Shown here: in pieces, positions 15,098 through 28,358 of the stretch
Layout of the letters: every line of letters starts with the position of its first letter
How positions within the stretch are numbered: position 1 is the stretch's first letter
Assembly: GCA_951406725.2 (NCBI GenBank)
Contig: OX597815.1
Location: 44,020,001-44,084,000, forward strand
Length of the DNA stretch: 64,000 bases
From: Octopus vulgaris
Taxonomy: Eukaryota
Direction: 5' to 3'
Position numbers and translations under genes: made by a program
The notes under the pieces: model-generated
What the model saw: the letters and a program-made list of their open reading frames with translations, nothing else
Databases searched by the model: none
Told to the model about the DNA's origin: nothing

Positions 15098-15739
15098 TTA
15101 TTTACATTATTTACAATTGACGGATATTTGTCCTCATCTTGTTTGTTGTTAACGTTTCGGCTGATATACTCTCCAGCCTTCATCAGGTGTCTTGAGGAAA
15201 TTGCGAATCTGGGTTCTCATTCCTAAGGTATTTTTCGATGTTGTTGTTGTTGTTATTATTATTATTATTATTATTCTATGTTTGACTTTTGCTTTATGTC
15301 TGTACAAGTTGGCTCCAAATCTCACCCAGAGACCTCAAGAGACAACAGGTTGGAAGTTCTGTGCCATATATTTGGGGTTTTTTTTTGGTGTTGTACTAGT
15401 GAATGTCTAATACATAAAAATAAAATTTTTAAAAAAATAAATAAATAAAAATAAAAATAAAAAAAGGTTTGTTTTAAACCTTGGGATTACATAGAGAGTA
15501 TTTTGCGTAGGATATGAGCAGTTCCCATGAGCACTATCTTTTGAATTTCTGCCATTTTGGGGGTTCCTGGTATCTGAGTTAGGTAGCAATCAGTCCCTTT
15601 CGCTATCATTCCCAGGGTACCTATGACAACAGGTATTGTTTTAGTCTTCAGCTTCCACATTTTGCTGATTTCTATTTCAAGATCTTTATATTTGCTCAGT
15701 TTTTGGTAGGTCTTGACAGATACGTTTATATCGATTGGG

Positions 15740-15815
<76 letters not shown>

Positions 15816-15882
15816 TCACTGCCTGGAATCGAACTTGGAATCTTGGGGTTAGTAGCCCGCGCTCTTAACCACTACGCCATAT
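15098..15882 (-). mobile_element. tRNA-headed SINE-like element with hammerhead-containing tail, interrupted by an R4/Dong insertion
   Basis: Head (15812-15882) tggcgtagtggttaagagcgcgggctactaacccc...agttcgattcc, then (AAT)n, then tail (15098-15275) with CTGATGA-a-GGCTG..CAGCC-GAAAC-GTT. Linkage of head and tail is inferred from orientation and the shared (AAT)n. Confidence 0.65.
15276..15740 (-). mobile_element. 5'-truncated R4/Dong-clade non-LTR retrotransposon (RLE endonuclease C-terminus plus 3' UTR)
   Basis: 15738-15487 translates PIDINVSVKTYQKLSKYKDLEIEISKMWKLKTKTIPVVIGTLGMIAKGTDCYLTQIPGTPKMAEIQKIVLMGTAHILRKILSM*. Flanked on both sides by (TAA)n. Confidence 0.85.
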
Positions 15883-16639
15883 GGGAGGTAGCACCGTGAC
15901 GTTATTTTGGGACAGCTGCTAATCACATACGTGATGTCTTCCACAGAAACTTGACATAGCCTACACATGCAGTTGCACCTTGGAATTACAAGATCGTCAC
16001 TGTCTCTCTTGTTCACCAGGTATTTTGAGGCAATCTCCTGTTCTTGGATTGCAAACGCATAGCCTTCAAAGTGTGATGTGATGTAATGGTTTTGTGTCCA
16101 AGAGAGGCTGCGCTTCGTGTCTCCTTCAAGCTTCCGGGCAACATACCAATGTATGGTCTTTTTTTTTTGGAGCTGTATAGGAGATCATCAGGAAGAGAGT
16201 GCTTCTCGAGGAGCTCACTGCCAACTCGTATAATATTACTCACTTCACTTTTCAACATGGCATTTATATATATATATATTTGCTGCTGTTGCTTAGCAAG
16301 TACTGCCTGAGTGATACCATACGGCATTCGAAAGCCGTCTGCACTGATCTCAGGTCTCTATCACCTTTATTTCTTATGTATGTATGTATGTATGTATGTA
16401 TGTATGTATGTATGTATGTATGTATGTATGTATGTATGTATGTATGTATGTTTGTATGTATGTATGTGTGTGTGTATTTATTAGGATTTCGCTTAGGCAT
16501 AGCGATACTAAAAGCCCGTTATTAGAACTGAGTAAAGAACATATTAATTACTGAATGACAAAGATTATGAATTACATAATCAGCTTCATTAGCTTACAGC
16601 TTTTTCTGCTACAAGAGCTGGGTGCTTGTGCACACACGC

Positions 16640-16698
<59 letters not shown>

Positions 16699-17119
16699 CA
16701 AACGCACACACACACTCATAATGTTTTATATCAATAGTTTGGTCAAAATATAATGTTGCAATGTCTAATGGAAGCAGTAATGTGTTGAATGCCAAATGTC
16801 TGATGGTATTTACGCTCATCCCTTGCATTCTCAGTTCAAATCCCATGGATGCTCGCGTTGTCTGTTACACCTTAAGGGTGAGGAAATAAGTACCAAACAT
16901 ATACTGTGGTCTCTGATAAATCACTTAATACCTCACTTCTCCCATGCTCTGTGAAATCAAATTTATGATGGAATATTGTGAGAGAGTATTTTGATAGGGT
17001 ATACACTAGTAAGACAACAAGAGGTAAACTAATACTGTATGACCTTTTTTGCCAGCTGGGGTTCTTACGATTTTTAGATCCGGCTCTGAATATGGTGAGC
17101 TTTGTCAAAGGTACTCCTA

Positions 17120-17199
17120 TAACCCCCGGTTCGACTGAAGCCTCGTGAGTGGATTTTGTAGACGGTAATTGTGAGAAGCTCGTTGTGCACACACACACA

Positions 17200-17234
<35 letters not shown>

Positions 17235-17460
17235 GACTGTATGAATGTATATATCTATGTATGTATGTTTTCGTGTTTGTTGCCACAGTGTTGTTTTGCA
17301 TATGTTCCTGCAATTTCGAAGTTCGGCAAAAAGAGACCGATAGAAAAAATACCAGACTTTAAAATAAGTACTTGGGTAAATTTCTTCGACTGAACTCATC
17401 AAGGCGGTACTCCAGCATGGCCGCAGTCTAATGACTAAAATATGTAACAGTTAAAAGATT
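17120..17460 (+). mobile_element. Decayed CORE-like SINE (family B), 3' part
   Basis: gtgagtggattttgtagacgg...(CA)n...ggcggtactccagcatggccgcagtctaatgact. Confidence 0.75.
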
Positions 17461-17640
17461 ACTGTTCGCAAAGTGGCTCTTTAGAAAGGTCTCTATAAAC
17501 TCTTGCAGTTTTAGGTCTCACGAAGTTACAAAATGACAATTGTAAACTTCATATTCCATTAGTCGTTACTACTTAGGAACATTAGAAGCACTTCAGATGT
17601 GCCCAGCTGTCCACTTATCTCAGTATAAACAGGGATATAA

Positions 17641-17708
17641 AGAGGTCAGAAGATTAGAGTTCAGAATTATAGAGGTCAGAAGATTAGAGTTCAGAATTAT
17701 AGAGGTCA
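17641..17708 (+). repeat. 30-bp tandem repeat, about 2.3 copies
   Basis: agaggtcagaagattagagttcagaattat twice, then agaggtca. Confidence 0.9.
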
Positions 17709-17830
17709 TTATATGTCAACGTATTTTGGTATTATCACCATCATCTTTGTTTTCGTCATATTCGAAATGATGATGATGATGATGATGGCAATAATATTTA
17801 TAATAACAACAACAACAACAACAACAACAA

Positions 17831-18186
17831 CTCAGAGAGCGCAAACCTCCGCCAAAGCAGCACCAACGTCCTCTCAACGATTAGCCAAAAATGATTTTTA
17901 AAATGAAAATATCTGAAATAAACTCGACTGCTCTTACAAACGAGAATACTAAAAATGAACCCGACCGCTCTCAAAAATTAAGTTAAAAAAAAAAACAGGA
18001 AAAATAATCCAGAATCCTTGTCCGATACTGGATCGATCCCAAAATCTAATAAGTTCGTGCCAGTCACGAGGCCAAACATCACTGAAAGCTTCATCCGAAT
18101 CCATCCAACGGTTCTTGAGATATCTTGTCCACAGTCAAACAAACAAACACGACTGAAAACAATACCTCCTCCTTAGCGAAGGCGGG

Positions 18187-18192
<6 letters not shown>
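17831..18192 (+). mobile_element. Possible Helentron-associated (HINE/DINE-like) non-autonomous element
   Basis: Subterminal inverted motif acctccgcc / ggcgggggt plus 3' hairpin acctcctcctt-agcg-aaggcgggggt, inserted between simple repeats. Confidence 0.45.
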
Positions 18193-18239
<47 letters not shown>

Positions 18240-18371
18240 AGATGATGATTATAATGATGATGAGGTTGATGATGAGAACGACGATAATAATGATTTCTTT
18301 ATTAACCACAAGAGTTTATATTAAGAAAAACGTTACGAACAAAACAAAGAATGTATGCGTGCGCGCGCGCG

Positions 18372-18444
<73 letters not shown>

Positions 18445-18469
18445 GTTGTGAGGGTTTTGCGTGTAAACA

Positions 18470-19859
18470 AGACTAACAAAAATTCTTAAAAATCAACAAT
18501 GTGTGATCCTTAACAGAGAGATGTTCGAGGGATGCTCATGGAAAAATCCCACAAAAAATACCATGGGTACCCTGACTTTGGGGGCAGATATCTTTTTCTT
18601 TTTCTTTTTTTCCAACAAACGGTGTATACTCGCAGCATTCTCGCCACTTTCACCCACCTTTCAGCAAACTGGCTTAAAGACAACGCTTTACCCTTATTTT
18701 TCTTTTCACGTGAAACTTGAAGTTCATCAGAGATTGACCAAAAGAAAACTGTCTGTCTTTTAGCCCCTTCAATCTCGTCCACCAGGCATATAAACACAGC
18801 CTTTCCTTCCCGCTTAAAGGAAAGCGGCAGGGTGATCTTCACGATGGATTCACTTGACAGCCGGATCCGTCCCACACGTGACAATAGGTTATCGATATAA
18901 ACCCACAGATCAGCAATGCTCGAGGACTGGATGAGTACATACAGAACTGTCTCGTCATCCTATGCGCATCTCGGACATGCTCGGCTGACGGCACTTCCGT
19001 GCCTGTAAAGTTTATCTCGAATAAGTAAAGCTCGCCGGTAACACTGTCAGGCCAAAGATTTTGGAAATTATCCATCAATCCCGGCTCAAAAGTTTGAAAA
19101 AGAGCAACTAGCTGATCTTCATCGACGCCCAAGTTCTTTCCAAAAACATCATCGCACTTTTCGTCCACTAATCCTCTATAAAAAGCTAAAGTGGACATTC
19201 CGCCTATCGCATTGTCCGATTGCCTGTGGGCTGTGAGAGCTTGAAGACATTCCACTTTCCAAATGCTCTACCCCGATCTCTGTTTCATCCAGGACTACAG
19301 CTCCGTTAAAGAAACTTGCTGCGGAAATATGTGTCTGGTGAATGGCGACCACACCTGTTCACCGTCAAGAAAGCACTGGAGATGTCGTAGCCTCAGTGCA
19401 TGTCTGCGCATCGTCAACCACAGCATGCCCAGGCCACCATGTAGCGGGTGCTGACAGCAGATACACCGCCTGGCCATTGGAACGCGTCCCTTCCGCAAGA
19501 AGCGAAAGTGTAATATGCCCCAGTGTAACCAGTCGGTGGCCAGGACAAGGCACGACGGTCAAGCTATAGTAGGTGACGGACGCGATATACGCGTTAGCTA
19601 CCTCTGCCCGACCTTTCAGGGATAGCTTTCTCTTGGTCCATTTCTAGGTGAGAGCAGTCATCCTGTTCGTTGCCTCGTCCCAGTTTTTGTCCATCTGGAG
19701 GTCCGGATCGAACCAGACTCCAAGTAATTTAATCTGTCCATCCGTCCAGCGCCCAACGACGCAGTTAGACGGCATGGACTTACTTCTCCAGGTGCCGAGC
19801 CGCAAGCCCATCGTAATTTTTCCAAGTTAATCGTCGCTTCTGAAACCGCCTCGCAGTCC
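18470..19859 (-). mobile_element. Decayed Tx1/L1-clade LINE, ORF2 C-terminal region plus 3' UTR, cut by the assembly gap
   Basis: Minus-strand translation IKLLGVWFDPDLQMDKNWDEATNRMTALT*KWTKRKLSLKGRAEVANAYIASV...HPLHGGLGM...CPRC, with stops and frameshifts. Confidence 0.85.
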
Positions 19860-19959
19860 NNNNNNNNNNNNNNNNNNNNNNNNNNNNNNNNNNNNNNNNN
19901 NNNNNNNNNNNNNNNNNNNNNNNNNNNNNNNNNNNNNNNNNNNNNNNNNNNNNNNNNNN
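19860..19959. other. Assembly gap (100 N)
   Basis: Run of n. Confidence 1.
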
Positions 19960-21440
19960 CTATAGTCTTTAAGATACAATAATTGTTTCAAAAATTCCAT
20001 CGACTAAAATATAATCGCGGATAGCCGTTAATATACTCGTTATCCTTTTATACATCTCATTAAGATAATTAAGCTGTTTTAATGCAGAAAAAAATATTAA
20101 ATAGGTTGTGACGTTTCTTAAGAATAAAACAGACATTCAAGTCAAGTCTGTAAATGTTTTAATTTGTAACAGGAGAATTAAAAAGACAGATGGGATTTTG
20201 AAATAGGATCAGTCAGTACTATTTATGAGAATACAATATACAAACATGAAAGTAAATCAGAATCAAAGACGGTAATTACTGAACGTGATTTAAAATGCAA
20301 TTGATTTAATAGGCATATGTTGCCGATCATTTAATTTGCATTAAATAAATCTCTAACTTAACTATACTTTAAGTTTTTTTTTCTCCATGCGTATGCCATA
20401 TGTGAATATTCCCGTTTACCCCATCACCAAGTGATTGTTTTTTAATGCTAATTTTCAAGCTTGTTCATTCACGTTATTGTACATATAATCAAATAAGTAA
20501 GAAGAGGTTTCATAAGAAGGAAACATACACAAAATTGTCTCGTGTACTTGTCTAAATTATTATGATATTATCAATCATTGAACTAATATTTCCTTATTTT
20601 TCTTTCTTACTGCTTCGTTATTTTCAATTAGAGTTTGGTTGCTCATTGTATTAATGATACCAAAAGGACTTAGCTATACTTCTTATTCTGCAAACCATGT
20701 TTAATTTATTTATTTATTTATTTATTATCAGTTTTGAATTAGCTAGAATGCTACTATAAATGTTGGCGACAGCTGACAGAATAATTTCTGGCTGTCTTAA
20801 GATTAAGTTATTTTAAAATGAAAATATAAACTTCTTGCTTAAACGTAGTTGATTTACACATAACAAACCAACAAAAATTGAATGTAATGCATTTTATGTA
20901 AATTCAATGAATTTTGAGTTGCTATTATAAAACTCTTTATACTTATTTGCATAAACATAAAGAGTTGTCCATTTTCTTGTGTGACTTTTATGTAAGTCAT
21001 GTGAAACAAAAAAAAAATCATCTTAAAACTGCAGCTCCGATTTTCACTCAAGTCTACTACACAGTAAACAGAAACATTACTAGAAGTTTGTTTTTTTTCC
21101 AACGCAATTTCTTAATACAAGAGATATGGGTGTAGACATGACTATGTGGTTAAGAAGCCTGCCTTATGACCACGTTAGTTCGGGTTCATCCCACTGCGCG
21201 GCACCTTAGGCGTCTTCTACCATAGCCCTCGGTCGACCAATGTATTATGAATGTGATTGGCGGAAGCTGTGTAGAAGCTATGTTCGTCCTGCTGCTCCCA
21301 TCATTTGTCAATTGATGTTGACATGTTTACTTTCGCGTTACTTAGCGCTTCGGCAAAAGTATCCAATAGAATAAGTACCACATTGTTTTAATGTTACTGC
21401 CTTTCTCATCCCTAACTACATTTACAGTTTAGCGGGGGGG

Positions 21441-21480
<40 letters not shown>

Positions 21481-21864
21481 TTACGAATTGATGTGGATAA
21501 ATGGAGGTAAATATATTTAATAGTTAATATATTTCTTCGTAAAATATGGTATATACAACTGAAGATCGGAAAATGTGTTTCTGTCAAAAGACCTATTGTC
21601 TTTATTCCCCATAGATAGACTAACTGGAGAAAGAACAAGGGAAGATTCGTGTCTCTTAACCACAGAAACAAGGAAACTACTGTTGATGAGCTTAGAGACT
21701 TGCTACTGATAGCTCGATACCTTAACAAAATAAGTACACACATATGTATGTGTATGAATATGGGCATATGTATACGTTAACGTACGTACATGCGTGTATG
21801 TATTTATGTATTATGTCTCTATGCATATATATATATATATATACATACACATACATATGTATAT

Positions 21865-21914
<50 letters not shown>

Positions 21915-23136
21915 TTGTGTGTGAGCGTATGTGCATATGATTGTGTATGTATAAATGTGAAACCGAGCAATAACAGGAAATTCGAAGAAGCAAGAGAATG
22001 CTTTTTTATTGCTGTTTTTATTTAATTCCAGATTCAAATTTAACCGTGTATACCGCTATTCAAAAGTAAGCCACCATTTTACCTTCTAGTACGTGGTATA
22101 GTGTACCCGGAAAAACAGTTTCCAGCGTGTCCTTTAATATTTTAACCCTTTGAACGTAGCAAGTGGATATATCCACTCACAATCTTATTAGTTTCAAATT
22201 GCGACACAATGTCAGTAATTTCGGGAGAAGGAAGAAGTCGATTACATCGACCCCATTGGTGCGTAACTGGTACTTTATTTTATCGATCCCGAAATGATGT
22301 CAGGCAAAGTCGACTTCGGCGAAATTTTAACTCAGGTCCTAAAAGCCTGATATTCCAGATCCTAATGACGGACGAAATGTTGCTAAGCGGGACAATCATT
22401 AACACTGCCTTCATATCTGCTCAGAGTATTTTATTACCGTTAACTGCGGAATTCGATTGTACATGATGGCTTATGCTGCAAGAAACAGAGATATTTACAG
22501 TGACACATTTTATCAAAAGATAACTTTTTCAGATTTTCTGAATTTTTTCGTATATTTGATCAAATATTTCTTTACGAGAAAACAAGAATTAAAGATTTTC
22601 GGTGGTTGATATGAAAACTGCACCCATAAGAGTTACTACTGAAAAGGCATTGCAGAAGCAGAATATGTCAATATTTTGTTTCTTTTAATTTTTGGGGGGT
22701 AGGTAGATAATTAATATTACAGTAATGACCATGAAATTTAATTACGTTGTCAAAAAGTTAATGATAATATATTATGTTTTCAGGAAGATTCCAAGCTGAA
22801 AAAAATCAGGAAGAGGATTCTCTCTAGTAGGCTCATAAGGGTTGGTAGACATAGTAGGAGATAATGAAATAAAGTGTGACATTGTCAGAGATGGCGCGGG
22901 GGGGGGGGATATCTAAAACAGGAAGAAACACATGGGTTAGGGGGCGGGGATAGAGAAGGAAAAAATGGATGCAAGAACATAGATACACATGTACAAGCAT
23001 TCATACACACATCATACATCGTGTGTGGAGATAGAGTTAGAGGTGGGGGAGAGGGGTTGAAGTTGGGTACAAAGTCTATAATCAAAACATAAGGCGACTG
23101 AATAAGGGGCCCATTGTATTCTTCGTTTAAATTACA

Positions 23137-23173
<37 letters not shown>

Positions 23174-23384
23174 CAGATACGTATGTACATACATATATAG
23201 ATACACATATGCATGCGTACATACATACACATACATACATATATGTAAGTACACAATATTCATACATATATACATAGATGCATATACACAAACACATACG
23301 TACGCACACTCATACATGTACATATATGCGTATACACACACACACACATACATACATACATACATACATACATACATACATACA

Positions 23385-23417
<33 letters not shown>

Positions 23418-25101
23418 GTGTGTGTGTGCGTGTGTGTGTGTGTAAATGTATATATATGTGCATGCATACACTTAAGCATACATATACACATATACATAAA
23501 TATTTACGTACATATTCAAGCAGAAATGCAGGCACGAAATACATACATACATACATATATACATACATGCATACATACATATATACATGCATGCATGCAT
23601 ACATACATACATACATACATACATCCCAAGGTAGTGAAAACGGGAGTAGGAGACTATATGTGTAAAAGAAATACGACATTTCACTATTCATCTGGTCTAG
23701 TTATCTGATATATCAATCTAAAATGCAGTACTTGGTCTAGAGCGAGATGAATGATACTTATAAGAACACCATATCTGATCGCCTTTCTTAGAATGACAAA
23801 ACAATTCTAGTATCTAACCACTGCTTAATAAATAAGCGAAAACTAATTTCGTCTATTCTGATTCCTGATTTCTTTATTGTCCACAGGAAGCTAAACATAA
23901 AGGGGACAGTACAAGGACAGACAAATACAACAGTGGGGACAAAAAAAAAGCGAATGGAAAATGAAAATGGAATGAAGCTACTCGACCCCACATCCGAAAT
24001 TTCGTTTATTCTGAGTCAAAAATTGTTATGACCATGTATTCAAGAAGTCAGGCCTCTTCCATTTCGATTCTACTGCACAGCTTATTAAGGTAATGTTTTT
24101 AAGAACACCAATTACCCTTTTATCCAGCTTCAAGAAATCTGGAAATATTGTGCAATACCGTTGAGTACTGGGGTCGATGTAATCGACTTACCGCCCCCCC
24201 GCTCACACACACAAAATTACTAGCCTTGAACCAAAATTTGATACCAATGTACTAGAGCCTGTATTGAGTAAATACACCCTGTTTTTGAAGTTGGTTAATT
24301 TGCATACGGTGTTTTAAAAATAGATTCGTTCTTCATGTTTTTATGCAGATTGACTAACGGTTACTTTAGAATTAATTACTTTAGAATTAATTGTGTTAAT
24401 TTGTACTAGTATCTGTTAAACAGAATCATGTTCTTTACTTTTCTTTGTTTAATTTCCATCCTATAAACATCTCACTGTATACATTGTACGGTAGGATGTA
24501 TTTTAAGAATTGTAAGTGGGTTAACAGATATCAAACAGATCTTACTTTAGAAGTGTATTAATTTGAATCTGTTAAATACAATTTAATTATTTACTTTTCA
24601 TATTTTATTTTATATTTTAAGTATATAGTAGGCTGTCTCCAGAAACCCGGAATATCTAAAATTCCAATAGAATAACTACTAGGCTTACAAAGAATAAGTC
24701 CTGAAGTCGATTTCTTCGACTAAAAACCCCCTTTGAGGCGGTGCTTCAGCATGGCCGTTGTTAAATGACTGAAACAAATAAAAGTATTAATAAAAGAGAG
24801 AAAATATTAACAAATAAAGATATAATGGTTTAACGGCTAATACATGCAATTTATGTAAGGATTCCCTGGGATATGAAATGAATTTAAAGGGTTTCCTAAA
24901 ATGACAGGAAATGCTGTTCAAGGGTTTATGCTTCGACGTATGAAAGACTGTATTGTTAAATTTACACACTAGACAGTGTTATTCAAAGTGTGTTATACGT
25001 GATATTTAACATGTTTGTGAAGATTATTTTAAAAGTTTCCTATCAGCTGCTCAAATTAGTGTCTCTTATAAAAAGGTTCCTGTTTCGATTCCATGCAGTT
25101 T

Positions 25102-25533
25102 GGATCTTTTCGGTTTGAACGGCAGTTTTTAACATAATTTCTAAGTAACCAAAATATTTTAAACTTCGTATACTGGTAGAATGTGTTTATAAAACATCTT
25201 TTTCTCTTGGCTTTATTGAGAAAATTCTATAGTTTGTAAGATATTTGTTGTTTTTTTTTCTTCAATTTCTGCAATTTCAACCAATCAGTGACGTCTATTG
25301 AGTTAAAAAGCATTCTGTGCCGTATGAATATGTCCCTCGTTTAAGAAACACATTGGTTTATTTACATTTGTGAAGAAAAAATACACCCCCCCCCCTAACC
25401 CTAACCCTAACCCTAACTAACCCCAACCCTAAAAGAGATTGAAATGCAATAGATCGATTCTAGAGTCATAATTATGGGTGACAATTTCATATGACACCGC
25501 TAGAAAAAACTGCCGTTCAAACAGAAAAGATCC
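25102..25533. mobile_element. MITE with ~28-bp TIRs and 8-bp TSD (Merlin-like), internal (CCCTAA)n
   Basis: TIR ggatcttttcggtttgaacggcagttttt / aaaaactgccgttcaaacagaaaagatcc; TSD tgcagttt at 25094-25101 and 25534-25541. Confidence 0.85.
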
Positions 25534-25666
25534 TGCAGTTTTTTTTCTTTACTATGATGTCTCTAAGAAACGACATGGTTACAGCAGAACATATTTTAAT
25601 CTAGCTATAAATACGAGAGAATGAAAGGAAATGACAATTAGGGATGTCCACTAGATGTCTTCACAA

Positions 25667-26075
25667 AAATTGCGAACAAATGTAATAATTAAATTAAATT
25701 TGTACTATATTTGTGTCATAGGCTGGGCTGAAAATGGGAGCGGTGTGCAGGAGGAGAACCGTCTCCATTTTTCATCTCACACGAAGTGGCTTACAGAGTC
25801 TTACATCTCCTCTGCCCCAACCTCGGCCTCTCGAATCAGCTGTTTGTAGCGAGTAAAGTAATCGGACATTAGCTTCCACGTTGATTCATCAGGTAGAGTT
25901 AAAATATATGTAACAACAGTGTTGGGGAAGAGGAGGTGTTAGACTCTGTAAGCCATTTCGTGTGAGATGAAAAATGGAGACGATTCTCCTCCTGCACACC
26001 GCTCCCATTTTCAGCCCAGCCTATGACACAAATATAGTACAAATTTAATTTAATTATTACATTTGTTCGCAATTT
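25667..26075. repeat. Fold-back element: ~155-bp near-perfect inverted arms with ~100-bp spacer
   Basis: 25667-25821 is the reverse complement of 25921-26075 with few mismatches. Confidence 0.9.
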
Positions 26076-26193
26076 CTAACAGAAAAAGCGAACAGAAAGA
26101 AGATATTTTCTTTTTAACATGAAAAACTCTTGCAACAATGGGACGCACACATACACAAAGCTACACACAACGGTTGCGTTTATATATGCACAT

Positions 26194-26281
<88 letters not shown>

Positions 26282-26351
26282 GGCTTAGTAAAATAAATTG
26301 CTTTGCCACATACTGAACTCATTAGATATATATATATATGTATATATATAC

Positions 26352-26600
26352 ATGCGCCCTTTTAAAGTCTAGCCAGGCTCATGGGCACGGTTTCCCGGTT
26401 TCAATGGCGTGTGTGTTCCCCAACTGGACGGGACGCCAGTCCATCGCAGCGTTACTCATTTTTGCCAGCTGAGTGGACTGGAGCAAACGTGAAATGAAAT
26501 GTTTTGCTCAAGAACACAACGAGTCGCCCGGGCAAGGAATCGAAACTACAATCTTACGATCATGGTGCTGACTCCCTAACCACTAAGCCACGCGCCTCCA
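26352..26600 (-). mobile_element. tRNA-headed SINE with CORE-like and V-domain-like segments
   Basis: Head ggaggcgcgtggcttagtggttaggg...gtttcgattcc, then gtgttcttgagcaaaacatt, then ctgcgatggactggcgtcccgtccag. Tail is shared with 13890-14194. Confidence 0.8.
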
Positions 26601-26601
26601 C

Positions 26602-26715
<114 letters not shown>

Positions 26716-26728
26716 TACACACATAGTT

Positions 26729-27477
26729 ATCGATAGAAGACACAAAATTCAGGTAATCGATATAAACAATTTTCCTTTATAACATCAGAGTACTTAAGGC
26801 AAATATCATAAAACCGTAAAAAAAAATACATGTGTGTGTACAGAATTACACAAGAACACATAAAAATATACACATAGATACATATGAACATATAAAATTA
26901 TGCATGGATATATAAATTGGTATGCGACTGCCTGAACTCGGTACATCTGTGTTTGAAACAACAAGGAAGAAAGTTATAGATACTTGGGCAATATGTGACA
27001 ATATATGTAATTAATTAAAAGATATTAAAGGCATTCCATAGCAGAGATGAAGTCTAATACTCATCCTACGATCGTTTCGGGAAATGTTATAGGGGGTGGA
27101 TAAAGTATTCCTATTTGTCTCTCATATAAACAGTTCCTTCATCAGGATGCACATGACACAGGGTGCACTTAGATCCTCTTAATTTGGAATAGAGAAAGTC
27201 ATTACGTATATTGTCACATATTGCCCATGTATCTATAATTTTCTTCCTTGTTTCTAACACGGATGTACCGAGTTCAGGCACTCGCATACCATTTTATATA
27301 TCCATATATATTTTTATATGTTCATATATATTTATGTGTATATTTTTGTGTATTTTTGTGTAATTCTGTCCACGCATATGTATTCTTTTACGGTTTTATG
27401 AGATCTGCTTTAAGTACTCCGAAATTATAAAGGAAAATGGTTTACCGACTACCTGAATTTTGTGTCCACTATCGATG
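26729..27477. mobile_element. Fold-back element (~280-bp diverged arms) with a hammerhead motif in the spacer
   Basis: 26729-27010 is inverted against 27203-27477; minus-strand HHR at 27062-27149. Confidence 0.8.
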
Positions 27478-27737
27478 TCTATATTATTCATCTAGTTTAT
27501 ATTCTGAGCACTACATGGTTGTTCTATATACGGAATTAATTCCTTCATTCTTTCCTTGAATATATATATATATAATGGAACAAAAACGTAATAGAGGACA
27601 ATAAAACATTCGGTCAGATAGACGATACAAAGGTGGACGGGAAAAATAACAATAAGAAGGGAAGGGGGAAAAAGGACGGATCAATCGTGGCCTTCTTTCT
27701 TCAGTCAAGTTACTAGCTAGATATCCTTACAGTTTCG

Positions 27738-27799
<62 letters not shown>

Positions 27800-27800
<1 letters not shown>

Positions 27801-28319
27801 TTTAACTTGTTTCAGTCATTTGTAGCGGCCATGTTAGAGCACCGCTTTAAAGGGTTTTCTAGTCGAAGAAATCGCCCCCGGAACTTATTCTTTGTAAGCC
27901 TAGTACTTATACTATCAGATTCTTTTGCCGTACTGCTAAGTTACGGGGACGTAAAAACACCAACATCAGTTGTCAAGCGATTGTGGAGCTGGTACAAACC
28001 CAAACACACACGCATATACACTCTTCCACTTTTATATATATATATACACGAGGGACTTCTTTCAGTTTCCGTCCCCCACGAGATTATAGTAGATGACACT
28101 TGGCCTAAGTTGCCATACAGTGGGACTGAACCCGGAACCATGTGGTTTGGTAGCATGTTTCTTACCAAAGGACCACGCCAGTGCCTTGCTTCCCAACCGC
28201 ATGGTTCCGGGTTCAATCTGACTGCGTTCCCCCTGGGCAAGTGTCTTCTGCTATAGCTTCGAGCCGACCAAAGTTTATGAGTGGATTTGGCAGACGGAAA
28301 CTGGAAGAAACTCGTCGTA

Positions 28320-28358
<39 letters not shown>

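Noticed and set aside
15812-15882. SINE heads as genuine tRNA genes
   Set aside because: They lack proper acceptor stems and are fused to repeat bodies.
25390-25432. (CCCTAA)n as evidence of a telomere or fusion site
   Set aside because: It is internal to a MITE present twice in the window.
27600-27740. Partial GAAAC-GTA and CTGAAGA motifs (also 63690-63780)
   Set aside because: Truncated and in the wrong order for a complete hammerhead; at most terminal-repeat debris.
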